From Bdellovibrionales bacterium (GTDB lineage Bacteria > Bdellovibrionota > Bdellovibrionia > Bdellovibrionales > UBA1609): 64,000 nucleotides of DNA. The DNA lies in contig OZ241967.1 in NCBI GenBank assembly GCA_965204055.1, positions 1,186,126 to 1,250,125 on the forward strand, written 5' to 3'. A program made the position numbers and the translations under genes. The number at the start of each line of letters is the position of its first letter. Within the stretch, counting starts at the first letter, position 1. This document shows positions 38,701-47,049 of this stretch, one piece after another. The notes beneath the pieces were generated by a model. That model ran no database searches, was not told where the DNA came from, and was given only the letters and a program-made list of their open reading frames with translations.

Positions 38701-39859
38701 TTTGTTTTAAAGATCGGTTATGATAAGCTGAATTTGTATTATAAGGTAACAAATCTTTATCTTCTGCATAAGCTATAAATAAAAGGCGAAACAAAACAAT
38801 CAATGTCATTTGATAAGTTTCATTTAACTCTTCAGGAGAAGGTTTTTTTAAGCTTCTTGCATGAACAATCCCTTTAGCTATTTGAGGAATAATCTCATCA
38901 TAAATTCGTGGTTTTAAGTTTTTTGCTACACCTTCTGAAAAACGTTTTGAGTTTTCTAAAATTTCAGTTAAAGAACCTTGTTCACTTAATGCCTCTGCGG
39001 AAAAAATAAGCCATAGATAACCCAGATTTTCTTCCTGCAAGAGAGAAGGCTGGCATTCCACATAAGTTTCTGTTCGGGAATTATGGCTTAATCCTGTTTC
39101 TTTTTTTGTGCTGTAAAGCCGAATATGATTATCTTGAATCATTAAAACCCAAGGCATGTGCTCCTGGTCCGCTTTATTCATAGCATAACTAACAGGGGAT
39201 AGTTGATTAAAACGTTGTTCTTTAGATTCGTGTGTTTCTGAAGGTTCCAGTAAAACAGCTAAAGCTCTTTTTTTATCATGGCTTTTTAAAATATATGTCC
39301 GGTCGTCAAGCTGGCTAATTTGAAAGCCAAGCCCTTTTAAAAGCTCTTTTTTTCCAAAAACAGATATGGCTTTAGATTTTTCTTTGGCTTTCTCCCAATC
39401 AGGACGATTTTTTACTCCATAAGTAAGATGATGAGAAGACAACATGCCTTTATTGTTGATTCCAAATAATCCTTCTTCTATAGAAGAAAGAAAACGAGAA
39501 CAAAATTTTAAGGCTCTGTGCCGGTTGGGTTGTTTTAAAGCTACCTGACAAAATTTTTCAACTAGTTCAAGTTGAATGTTTTTATAAACAGGAGGGTTTT
39601 CTCCAGAAGCACCACAAAGAGAAGCTTGATTATCACCATGAATAACAGTTAATAAAACCGGTGATGCTCTATGGTTTTTCCTTTTCTTTTGAGCCTTTTT
39701 TACAGTTTCAGTGTTGGGGGTGTTATTGCCTGTTAACACTGCTATTTCTAAGGCATCCCTTCCTTTTCCTAAAATTAATTTCTCCGACTTAAGCCCTGAT
39801 ATTAAATTGGAAAGGGGCCTTGATTGAAAATCATCGAGAAATTTCTTTACAGCACTCAT
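35708..39859 (-). CDS. giant N6-adenine DNA methyltransferase of the PglX / type IIG-IIL restriction-modification type
   Basis: 1383 aa; LIVLFRLLFIAYAEDKDLLP helix, SAM motif DIAMGSGHFLVAAV, catalytic motif IV VIIGNPPWEKIK, ~400-aa C-terminal region in the usual target-recognition position; no nuclease motif could be confirmed in the N-terminal ~280 aa. Confidence 0.8.
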   Translation of the reverse strand: MSAVKKFLDDFQSRPLSNLISGLKSEKLILGKGRDALEIAVLTGNNTPNTETVKKAQKKRKNHRASPVLLTVIHGDNQASLCGASGENPPVYKNIQLELVEKFCQVALKQPNRHRALKFCSRFLSSIEEGLFGINNKGMLSSHHLTYGVKNRPDWEKAKEKSKAISVFGKKELLKGLGFQISQLDDRTYILKSHDKKRALAVLLEPSETHESKEQRFNQLSPVSYAMNKADQEHMPWVLMIQDNHIRLYSTKKETGLSHNSRTETYVECQPSLLQEENLGYLWLIFSAEALSEQGSLTEILENSKRFSEGVAKNLKPRIYDEIIPQIAKGIVHARSLKKPSPEELNETYQMTLIVLFRLLFIAYAEDKDLLPYNTNSAYHNRSLKQKALELSKLFSNGKEPEEGDNHWKETVRLWEAIDKGNIEWGIMAYNGGLFSSEKEVSTTGHEIAKVSVSNKFFVPALKSLLLMENEETPLGPVDFRFLGPREFGTIYEGLLESNLSIADTDLTLDTNNIYVPLRKLKVSKNKKSKKTEEIIVKKGEVYLHNQSGARKATGSYYTKSFIVDYILDKSLEPALKEHFNRLNKLHDEDAEKEFFNFFTADIAMGSGHFLVAAVDRIENKMADYLNNRPLKGVQNILDKTKKTAEKNLKDIGISDDYFPVEDRKYLARHIAKHCIYGVDNNDLAVQLAKLSLWTHTFVPGLPLSYFNHNLICGNSLVGIGTIKEFQSELKSKQESENLSFDLIDREKLIGQAKKSLQDMRKLADLSVEEIKASRLFKKEIESSLKDTKALFDVIIFNRITNQVSGFKLVEWVKNIKSIHNSKELKSARLELKNLKTLHFPIAFPEVFLRKRPGFDVIIGNPPWEKIKLEEHAFWARHFPGLRGLSQREREAEYQKVKRQYPHLVKEYEKELSNVKRLKNVLKQSSYVQSGSGDSDLYKFFSWRFWHLICKDCGFLGVVLPGNVFSAKGSELFRKDIFNNASSNITMLINNKKWIFSEVHAQYNIALISLKKTSEKHNLTFKPFVQQFEKKLSRTRDFRPTGKTIHIQGPFYSHEELQAKENKLSLSFTEKQVFSWTDSASLPSLPREDSMDVFLQLRKSPRLGLNDKNSWRVRPDTELHTTGSKPLMDLKSKKCPKGFWPVWTGRSFNIWKTDTRKYYAYANPETALSWLYNKRLNSHKNQKSVHSEFSIDYIQNKNTLSCFKPRIAFHDVTNSIDYRTVKTSLLPPKVFLVHKAPYFLLPRGDEKDEAFLLGVLSSIPLDWYARLFISTNSLSFFLLNTFPIPRPSRENPLWKKVVALSGRLASPDKRFSKWAEAVGVEYGPLDEEKKNNMIYELDAVVAHLYGLSQKQLIHIFETFHRTGDYQSRLTAVLKYYNLWKKKL

Positions 39860-40200
39860 ATTCTAATTTTTCGGGTAATTTAACAAAAACTTTAATATTT
39901 TATAGATTTATTTTATATAACCGCCGACTTTTCTCGCAGTTTCCGCTCTATCTGAGTAGATCACAGCAAAACCACAGCAAAATTACAGCAAGTCGCCAAA
40001 GTGTTATTAAGCAGACAATGTTACTCAGACAGATAAAAAGGGGCTTGCTTTATTTTTTATTGATTTTTATGATGATTTTTAAAAAAATAAGCCTAATCAG
40101 CAACTGAATTTTTGGGCCTTTAGGAGAAAATCAATAATCCTGATTTTAACCGTGTCGAACTTGACACTTTTAAAAACGAAGCAGAACTGAAGGATGTGTT

Positions 40201-42006
40201 ATGATTGAAAAATTATATTCCATTTTAAATGAATTTAAAAAACCAGAATTTATGATCGAGAACAAAATCTACCGTAAAATCTGTGACTTTAACAATAAAG
40301 AATTTAATGAAAAAAAATTACCAAGAACTTCTAAATTTTTTTATGAAGAATTAGCTTTTGCTTTTATGGAAGGAAGAAATCCTCCTTTAGAATGGGGAAA
40401 TACTTTTTATACTCCATTATTTGGTTATATTGATCCTACAACTAAACAGTGGAGCTCTTCTTATCCAGACATTCAACAGATCACTCCTGAAATGGTGATT
40501 TATTGGGAAAAACGCTCTTCAGAAGTTAGTAATCCAATTTTGCAATGTCGTTATTCAGGACTTGTATGGGATTTTTCACAAAAAATAAGAAATTTAAACC
40601 CCGATATATCAATTGTTCATAGATTCATTGATTCTGTAATTAATATGGCCAATTTAGGAGAAAACCCTTTTTTAAAAGATAAATTGGAAAGAAGTTTAAA
40701 AGTGGCCATTTCCACTAATAACCAACAAAGAATTATCTCTACTCGTGATGCTATTATTAAATATGAAAACACTTATGCTAAGGATGATAAACTGGGAACA
40801 TGGGGATATTCTTACGATTTGTTAATTAGTAACAAAAACCTATATCGTAAAGTTCAATTAAGAGAGAAACAAGAAAACAAAATTATACAAGAACTAGAAA
40901 AAAAATTAAAGAAATTTTCCGATAGAGAATCAAAAAATCTCAGTCCTCATTCTGTTGAGTATATAGCAACAAAATTAGCTCCCTATTATAAAGGCAAAAA
41001 TGATATGGAAAATATGAAAAGGGTTTTACTTATATATAGAGATTCTTTTTTATATGGAATTAACAACAATCGTGTAATGATAGGAAGCCATTGGTTAGAG
41101 AAAATTAGAATAATTTTATTTCAGTATGGTTTATCTGAAGAAGCAAAAGAGTTAGAACCTAATATAAGAACCCTTCAAAAGGAAGATTTAAAATATCTGC
41201 AAAAGTTTGAAACATCTGTTAAAATTCCAAAAGCGCAAATTGACAATTACATCTCTGAGCTTGATAGAAAGAGTCTCTCTGAGGCATTAAATTGTATTGC
41301 ATTGTCTTTTATCCCTGATAAAGAAGAAGCTAAAAATATTGTTCTTAAAATTGCAAAAGAACATCCATTACAGGCCAGGATTAGTCAATCTATTATGGAT
41401 CATACGGGAAGGAAAGTTGCTACAATTGATCCTATAGAAAATGATTTGGCGGGACATATTGTTCGTCAAATATCTCAATCAATGCAGATGAATCTATCTT
41501 TTATTGCATTAGGATTAAATCATTTAAAAGAGCATAAATTATTAGATGCTAATTCACTTGCAAATCATCTATTCCAGTCACCAGTATTTATACAGGCAAA
41601 TCATCCAATTATAAAACAAGGTTTAATTGCATATTTTAATAAAAACTATATTGTAAGTTGTTCTGTATTGATACATCAAATTGAATCAGCAATAAGAGAG
41701 TTAATTTCCGTAGCTGGAGGAGCAATTTATCAGCCTTCTAATAATTATAGAAAAACAGGTTTTAAGTTAAGACCTTTAGGAACTTTGCTGAGAGATGAAA
41801 TTTTTACTAAAGTTTTTGAAAAATTAAATAGTAATATACCAGAGTTTTTCAGAATCCTGTTAGTAGATAAACGATCTCTGAATATTAGAAATTCTATTTA
41901 TCATGGTCATTTTCCTGCCGGTTTTTTTAATGAAAGGATTGCTATTCATATTATTCATATATTACTTATTTTGTCAGTTTTGAGGAAAGGTAAAACACTC
42001 TCTTAA
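40201..42006 (+). CDS. hypothetical protein with a DUF4209-like C-terminus (R-N-x-x-x-H motif, HEPN-like)
   Basis: 601 aa, very AT-rich; C-terminal SLNIRNSIYHGHFPAGFF fits R-x4-H; divergent from the methyltransferase gene. Confidence 0.4.
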   Translation: MIEKLYSILNEFKKPEFMIENKIYRKICDFNNKEFNEKKLPRTSKFFYEELAFAFMEGRNPPLEWGNTFYTPLFGYIDPTTKQWSSSYPDIQQITPEMVIYWEKRSSEVSNPILQCRYSGLVWDFSQKIRNLNPDISIVHRFIDSVINMANLGENPFLKDKLERSLKVAISTNNQQRIISTRDAIIKYENTYAKDDKLGTWGYSYDLLISNKNLYRKVQLREKQENKIIQELEKKLKKFSDRESKNLSPHSVEYIATKLAPYYKGKNDMENMKRVLLIYRDSFLYGINNNRVMIGSHWLEKIRIILFQYGLSEEAKELEPNIRTLQKEDLKYLQKFETSVKIPKAQIDNYISELDRKSLSEALNCIALSFIPDKEEAKNIVLKIAKEHPLQARISQSIMDHTGRKVATIDPIENDLAGHIVRQISQSMQMNLSFIALGLNHLKEHKLLDANSLANHLFQSPVFIQANHPIIKQGLIAYFNKNYIVSCSVLIHQIESAIRELISVAGGAIYQPSNNYRKTGFKLRPLGTLLRDEIFTKVFEKLNSNIPEFFRILLVDKRSLNIRNSIYHGHFPAGFFNERIAIHIIHILLILSVLRKGKTLS

Positions 42007-42189
42007 GTCCTAAACCTTCTATGTGGTTCTTATCTCTTGTATACTTTAGAAGGCATGCATGCCGTACAATAAAGATTTTTGTTTGCAGATTCTATAAAGC
42101 TATATATTAGCTCCTAAGAAATGCTTAGCCTGTTATTTTGCTTATTTTTTATCATTTTTACAGGGATACCATTGATTTGCGGGTCAATA

Positions 42190-43318
42190 GGCCTTAAAAT
42201 GCCATTTTCACCCTATTTTACCTGTGATTTGTCTTTACTATTTTTTAGCTACCTTATTTCAATGGCACTTTAAAGAGGTAATAAATTTGTAAGAGATTGA
42301 CAAAAAGTTTTTTGTGCGTCACTTTTGAACACCATGAAAAAAAGTAAAAAGTTTCTACACGATCATTTATTTAAAGAAGTTTACTCTCAACCCAAATACT
42401 GCGTAGACATCTTAAGCCTTGTTTTCTCAAAAAAAGAAATGAGCCTGTTTGATTGGACTACCCTTAAAACCGAAGCCACCTCTTTTATTGACGAGTCATC
42501 AAGAGAAAAACGAATGGACCTTCTGGTCTCAGCCCTTTTTAAAGATTCCAGGAAGCCTGCCAGAGTGTTGTTCTTAATGGAGCACAAGAGTCAAGAAGAC
42601 CCGGAGCTATTACGGCAATTTTTAATGTATCAGGCAGGTATTTATCAAAGTACCCGTGATCCAGTGCTTCCAGTATTCATCAATCAAAGTCCAAACAAGA
42701 AATGGAAAGGGTCTTTAGATTTTCACGATTTTTTGAATAATTTTGAAGGAGAGTTAAAAAAGAGGTTTAAAGAGAATGTGTTAAATTTTCGCCCCAGAGT
42801 ATTGAATATTCAGGCTTTAGATATAGATAAGGCCAAGGGCTTGACAACGCGTCCTATTTTGTATATTTTAAAGCATATATGGAACTTAAACGCGAAAAAG
42901 ATAAAGGGGTTATTTACAATAGGCCGTGGTTTGAGTCAAAATGAGCGAGAAGCTTTGATCGTGCGAGCGGTGGATTATGTTCGTCAATATGATCCTAATT
43001 TTAATTGGAAGATAGTAAGAGAGATTGAACAAACCACAGTCAAAAAGGAGGAAAGAGTTATGGCACCGTTACTTCAGTATTCATTGGATGAAGCCAGAGA
43101 AGAAGGCTTAAAAAAAGGCCGACTGGAAGGTATAGAAAAAGGCATGGAAAAAGGCATGGAAAAAGGCATGGAAAAAGGCATGGAAAAAGGCATGCAGGCG
43201 GTAGCCTTAAACATGTTGAAAGCAAAAGCGGATCTATCTTTTATCTCCAAAATGACAGGTCTTTCTGAGGCAGAAATCGAAAAACTTAAAAATAACTCTT
43301 AAAAAAGTTTTCATCAAA
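42190..43318. repeat. ~1.1 kb direct repeat, copy 2
   Basis: See 34363-35490. Confidence 0.85.
42325..43302 (+). CDS. Rpn (YhgA-like) recombination-promoting nuclease family, copy 2
   Basis: 325 aa, near-identical to copy 1 except for scattered substitutions and 4 instead of 1 GMEK units (12-bp repeat at 43141-43188). Confidence 0.8.
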   Translation: MNTMKKSKKFLHDHLFKEVYSQPKYCVDILSLVFSKKEMSLFDWTTLKTEATSFIDESSREKRMDLLVSALFKDSRKPARVLFLMEHKSQEDPELLRQFLMYQAGIYQSTRDPVLPVFINQSPNKKWKGSLDFHDFLNNFEGELKKRFKENVLNFRPRVLNIQALDIDKAKGLTTRPILYILKHIWNLNAKKIKGLFTIGRGLSQNEREALIVRAVDYVRQYDPNFNWKIVREIEQTTVKKEERVMAPLLQYSLDEAREEGLKKGRLEGIEKGMEKGMEKGMEKGMEKGMQAVALNMLKAKADLSFISKMTGLSEAEIEKLKNNS

Positions 43319-43453
43319 AAGAGCTGAGGTATCCAAAAATAGGAACCAATCCATGATTTTTTTAAGCTACAACTTTGTATTTCTGTTTCCAAAAAAGGAC
43401 ATTTATTAACTTGAAATGCTATTTTCACACTGTTTTACTTGCCATTATCTATA

Positions 43454-44031
43454 TTAAATTTTTAAATATTGGTTGATGATTTTTTTTACCTGGTTGATTG
43501 TCGCTTGTAAGTTTGCATTCTCCACACAATAATCAAACTGAGTGCTTTGCTCTAACTCTTTTCGCGCCTGCTTCATCCGTCTTTCTATATCCTCTGCACT
43601 GTTTTCTTTTCTTTTACGAACACGATTCGCTAACTCCTCTTGAGAAGGAGGAGAAATAAAAATTCTTAAAGTTGAGGGTAAAGCTTTTTAATTGCGTTTG
43701 CACCTTGTAAATCAAAATCTTTGATAATAGCCCGCCCCTTATTCCAATGCTGGGTAATTTGCTCGATAGCGGTCCCGTAATAATGATTATAAACATAAGC
43801 CCATTCTGCAAAAAAGTTTTTCTGGGTAAGAAATAAAAACTTTTTTTCACTCACAAAATGATAGTCCTGGCCTTCTCGCTCAGCCCCCCTTAAAGGACGA
43901 GTAGTGTAAGAAATGGTTTTGCCCATTATCCTTGAACCATATAAAGATAATATCTCTTTTACTATCGTGGATTTTCCCGACCCACTTGGCCCAGATAAAA
44001 CGATAATTTTTTTTTTCATAAAACTAAACAA
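43454..44031 (-). pseudogene. gmk: guanylate kinase with a single-nucleotide frameshift
   Basis: The N-terminal 121 aa carry the P-loop SGPSGSGKST and TTRPLRGAEREGQDYHF. The C-terminal part (LRIFISPPSQEELANRVRKR...ERRMKQARKELE) continues in another frame to a stop at 43454. Total 578 nt, one short of a multiple of 3. Confidence 0.75.
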
Positions 44032-44257
44032 AGGATTACACTTTGTCCTTCCTATATAACGAAAAAACTTTTTCTCATCAAACTAAATAGTTTATCCTGA
44101 ATAAGTTTGTTCAGTTAAGTAAACCACTTGGATCACATCTCCTTAAAAGTCCAGAGATTCCCGCTCTTAAGTTAGAATAACAGAGGAAAAAAAGCATTTG
44201 TTAAAGACCAACTCAAAAAAACAACTCAAAAGGATATTATACCCTACTTTCTCTAAT

Positions 44258-45223
44258 TCATTCTACATTTTGAACTTGTTCACGCAGTTTTTCAATAAAA
44301 TTTTTTGAGTGCACCACTTCCTTTGTCAGCTTAAAATCTTGAGACTTAGCACCAATGGTGTTCATCTCCCTTATCATTTCTTGAAGATAAAAAGACATTT
44401 TTTTGCCTATAACACTAGGGGCTGAAATAAGAACTTGAAAAGCCCGGATATGCTCTTCCATACGGCTGATTTCCTCACCAATATCCATACGATTAATTAA
44501 AGCCCCTACCACCTCTTCCTCCATTTTAGCCCGAACCGACTCAGGAGAGGATGCACGAGAGGTAAACGTATTCTTACTGGAAGAAGTATCTCCTGCATTA
44601 GAGTTTTCCAGCCGGAGAAGTGTCCTGTCATCAATAAATTCGTCTATTTTTTTCTTTATGTTTTTTCGCACCGATTGGCTTTGCCGAACGGAATGTCGCT
44701 TTATCTTTTGCAAAGAAAGAAAAAGTTGTTTTGTGTTTTTTTGAAAATCGTGTTTTAACGCCAACCCCTCTCGCACTCTTTCTTTATTGCATAGGTTGAT
44801 TGCCGTTCGAAAAAGGGACTTTAGTTTTTGCTTTTCTATCGCTGACACAAGCGTGGGCTGGGTATGAATTTCCAAAACTCCCGGTTGTTGAGCGAGAATA
44901 TGTAGGCTCAAGTCATTTTCCATTTTTAAGGATATAGCCATTTTCTTATACAAGGCCTTCCATTTTATAGCTTGTTCTTTATTCCATCTTATATTTGTTT
45001 GTTTTAAAGGCCATGGCGGGTTTCGGGTGATTAACAAATTAACAGTCCCTCTTTGGAATTTTTTTTGCAGTTCTTTTCTAAACTCCCCTTCCATTCCCGC
45101 ATAAAAAGGAGGAAGTTGCGCCCGGGCTTCAAAATGCTTACTGTTATAAGATTGAACAATCACCTCGATATAACAATCTTTTGTTTTCCAACAACTTACT
45201 CCGTAGCCTGTCATACTTTTCAT
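44258..45223 (-). CDS. yicC: YicC-family stress-induced protein
   Basis: 321 aa; MKSMTGYG N-terminus and C-terminal EMIREMNTIGAKS motif; adjacent to gmk as in many genomes. Confidence 0.8.
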   Translation of the reverse strand: MKSMTGYGVSCWKTKDCYIEVIVQSYNSKHFEARAQLPPFYAGMEGEFRKELQKKFQRGTVNLLITRNPPWPLKQTNIRWNKEQAIKWKALYKKMAISLKMENDLSLHILAQQPGVLEIHTQPTLVSAIEKQKLKSLFRTAINLCNKERVREGLALKHDFQKNTKQLFLSLQKIKRHSVRQSQSVRKNIKKKIDEFIDDRTLLRLENSNAGDTSSSKNTFTSRASSPESVRAKMEEEVVGALINRMDIGEEISRMEEHIRAFQVLISAPSVIGKKMSFYLQEMIREMNTIGAKSQDFKLTKEVVHSKNFIEKLREQVQNVE

Positions 45224-45479
45224 TTTTTATCCCTTCTAAGTTTTTGCCAAAAAAAGCTATCTTACCAAAAAACCACAGTCCATCTTGCTAAAAAACAAAC
45301 TATCTTTCCAAAACCAGCCCTGTTCCTCTAAATAGTAGGCAATAATTGACTAAAATCTAAACGATCCAAAGTGTCCAGTCCAGATTTTTATTCAATGTAT
45401 AGTGAATAAAGCAAAAATCATTTAATCTTATAAATAGTCGCCTGTAAAAAAGTCTGTTTCTTCACAGCGAGAAGGAATT

Positions 45480-46934
45480 ATGAAAAAAGTTTTAATTATT
45501 GATGATGAAAACACCCTCCGCCAATCTCTTTCCAAAGCTTTAGAGCTAAACGGATATTTAACAGTAAAGGTGGGATCAAAAAAAAGTTTTCACGAATTGC
45601 CTAAAAACGCTTGCTTTGATATAGCCTTGTTAGATTTAAAATTACCAGATGGAGATGGGTTGGAATTAATACAGTGCTTGAAAGAAAGAACCCCCAACAT
45701 TCAAGTGATTGTTATGACAGGCTACGGAACTATCGATCTGGCCGTATCCGCTACAAAACAAGGAGCATTTCATTTTATAACAAAGCCTTTTAATATAGGA
45801 GAGATTATCAACCTGTGCTCAAAAGCTCTGTTTCAATCTCAGTTAGAAACAGAAAACGCCAGGCTCCGATCTTGCGTAAAAAAACAATACCGGTTTGATC
45901 AAATTATTGGGCAAAGCAGACCCCTTCTTAACTTGTTAGAAATGATTAAAAAAATCTCTCACTCCTCCTCCACAGTGCTTATTACAGGAGAAAGTGGAAC
46001 TGGAAAAGAGTTGGTGGCTAAATCCATCCACTTTAATTCCCCACTTAGCCGAGGCCCTTTTATTCCTGTGCATTGTGGAGCTATTCCAAAAGATCTTTTA
46101 GAGAGTGAACTGTTTGGCCATAAAAAAGGTTCCTTTACCGGTGCTATAAAAGACCGCATTGGCCGATTTCAAATGGCAAAAGGAGGTACTCTTTTTTTAG
46201 ATGAAATAAGCACTATGGATTTATCCACACAAGTTAAACTGCTTAGGGTTCTTCAGGAAAAAGAATTTCAACCGGTGGGGGGGGAGCATGTCATTCGATC
46301 TCAAGCGCGCATTATCTCTGCCAGCAACGAAGATCTGGAACAAGCCGTCCGAAAAGGCACTTTTAGAAAAGACCTATATTACCGCCTAAATGTTATTCCT
46401 CTATCTATAGCCTCTTTAAGAGAAAGAAAAGAGGATATTCCTCTCTTAATTAACTATTTCATAAAAAACTTTAATAAAAGCCGATTAAATAAATTTAAAG
46501 GATTATCAAAGTCTGCCATCAACCAACTCTGCCAATATGAATGGCCAGGGAACATTAGAGAGTTAGAAAATATGATCGAGCGTCTTTGTGTGCTAAACAA
46601 TAATTCTATCGTGCAGGATACAGATTTGCCTTCACAATATCGTGGCCTTTCTTCTCAGAGCACGCAAGAAGAAATGATGGAAATTCCAGAAACTGGTTTA
46701 GATTTTAACAACATTGTCAACTTGTTTGAAAACAAAATTATTTTAAAAGCCCTGGAAAAAACAAAATGGAACCGCAACCAGGCGGCTAAGTTACTAAAAC
46801 TAAACCGCACTACCCTTTTAGAAAAAATCAAAAAAAAGGGATTAAAGGCAAACAGGCCGACTATTGTAGAAAATATTGTAGAAAACACTATAGAAAATAC
46901 CAAAGAATCCACACTTTTGCCTAAGGATGTTTAG
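45480..46934 (+). CDS. sigma54-dependent response regulator (NtrC family)
   Basis: Receiver domain (DLKLPDGDG), AAA+ domain with GESGTGKE and GSFTGA (GAFTGA variant), C-terminal Fis-type HTH (NRNQAAKLLKLNRTTL). Confidence 0.85.
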   Translation: MKKVLIIDDENTLRQSLSKALELNGYLTVKVGSKKSFHELPKNACFDIALLDLKLPDGDGLELIQCLKERTPNIQVIVMTGYGTIDLAVSATKQGAFHFITKPFNIGEIINLCSKALFQSQLETENARLRSCVKKQYRFDQIIGQSRPLLNLLEMIKKISHSSSTVLITGESGTGKELVAKSIHFNSPLSRGPFIPVHCGAIPKDLLESELFGHKKGSFTGAIKDRIGRFQMAKGGTLFLDEISTMDLSTQVKLLRVLQEKEFQPVGGEHVIRSQARIISASNEDLEQAVRKGTFRKDLYYRLNVIPLSIASLRERKEDIPLLINYFIKNFNKSRLNKFKGLSKSAINQLCQYEWPGNIRELENMIERLCVLNNNSIVQDTDLPSQYRGLSSQSTQEEMMEIPETGLDFNNIVNLFENKIILKALEKTKWNRNQAAKLLKLNRTTLLEKIKKKGLKANRPTIVENIVENTIENTKESTLLPKDV

Positions 46935-47040
46935 GACTCTATACACCCATTCTTTTCAACATATCAAACATGGCTTTTGCCTAAGGATGTTTAGGACTCT
47001 ATACACCCATTCTTTTCAACATATCAAACATGGCTTTTAC
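46914..47040. repeat. 2.1 copies of a 60-bp tandem repeat spanning the response-regulator stop codon
   Basis: 46921-46980 and 46981-47040 are identical except for the last 2 nt; each holds the hairpin CCTAA-GGATGT-TTAGG. Confidence 0.9.
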
Positions 47041-47049
47041 CTTAACAGA

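Noticed and set aside
39820-40107. 95-aa ORF in the divergent intergenic region between the methyltransferase and the 601-aa gene
   Set aside because: It overlaps the methyltransferase start on the opposite strand. It has a low-complexity AT-rich translation and no SD, so it is probably non-coding promoter DNA.
27780-43460. Direct repeat of the tRNA-Asp 3' end marking an attR site, and an integrase gene for the island
   Set aside because: I could not find a copy of GTTCGAGCCCCGTCCACCCCGCCA near the gmk border, and there is no tyrosine or serine recombinase inside the island. The XerC/D-family gene at 5489 is far away and looks chromosomal.
43660-43675. Programmed frameshift at CTT TAA G in gmk (prfB-like)
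   Set aside because: The prfB mechanism is a +1 shift. Here the continuation needs a -1 shift or re-reading of one T, and there is no slippery heptamer. A one-base deletion in a T-run, or a sequencing error, is the simpler explanation.
43614-43850. 78-aa ORF overlapping gmk in a third frame
   Set aside because: It lies entirely within the gmk coding region on the same strand, has low-complexity hydrophobic content and no RBS, so it is spurious.
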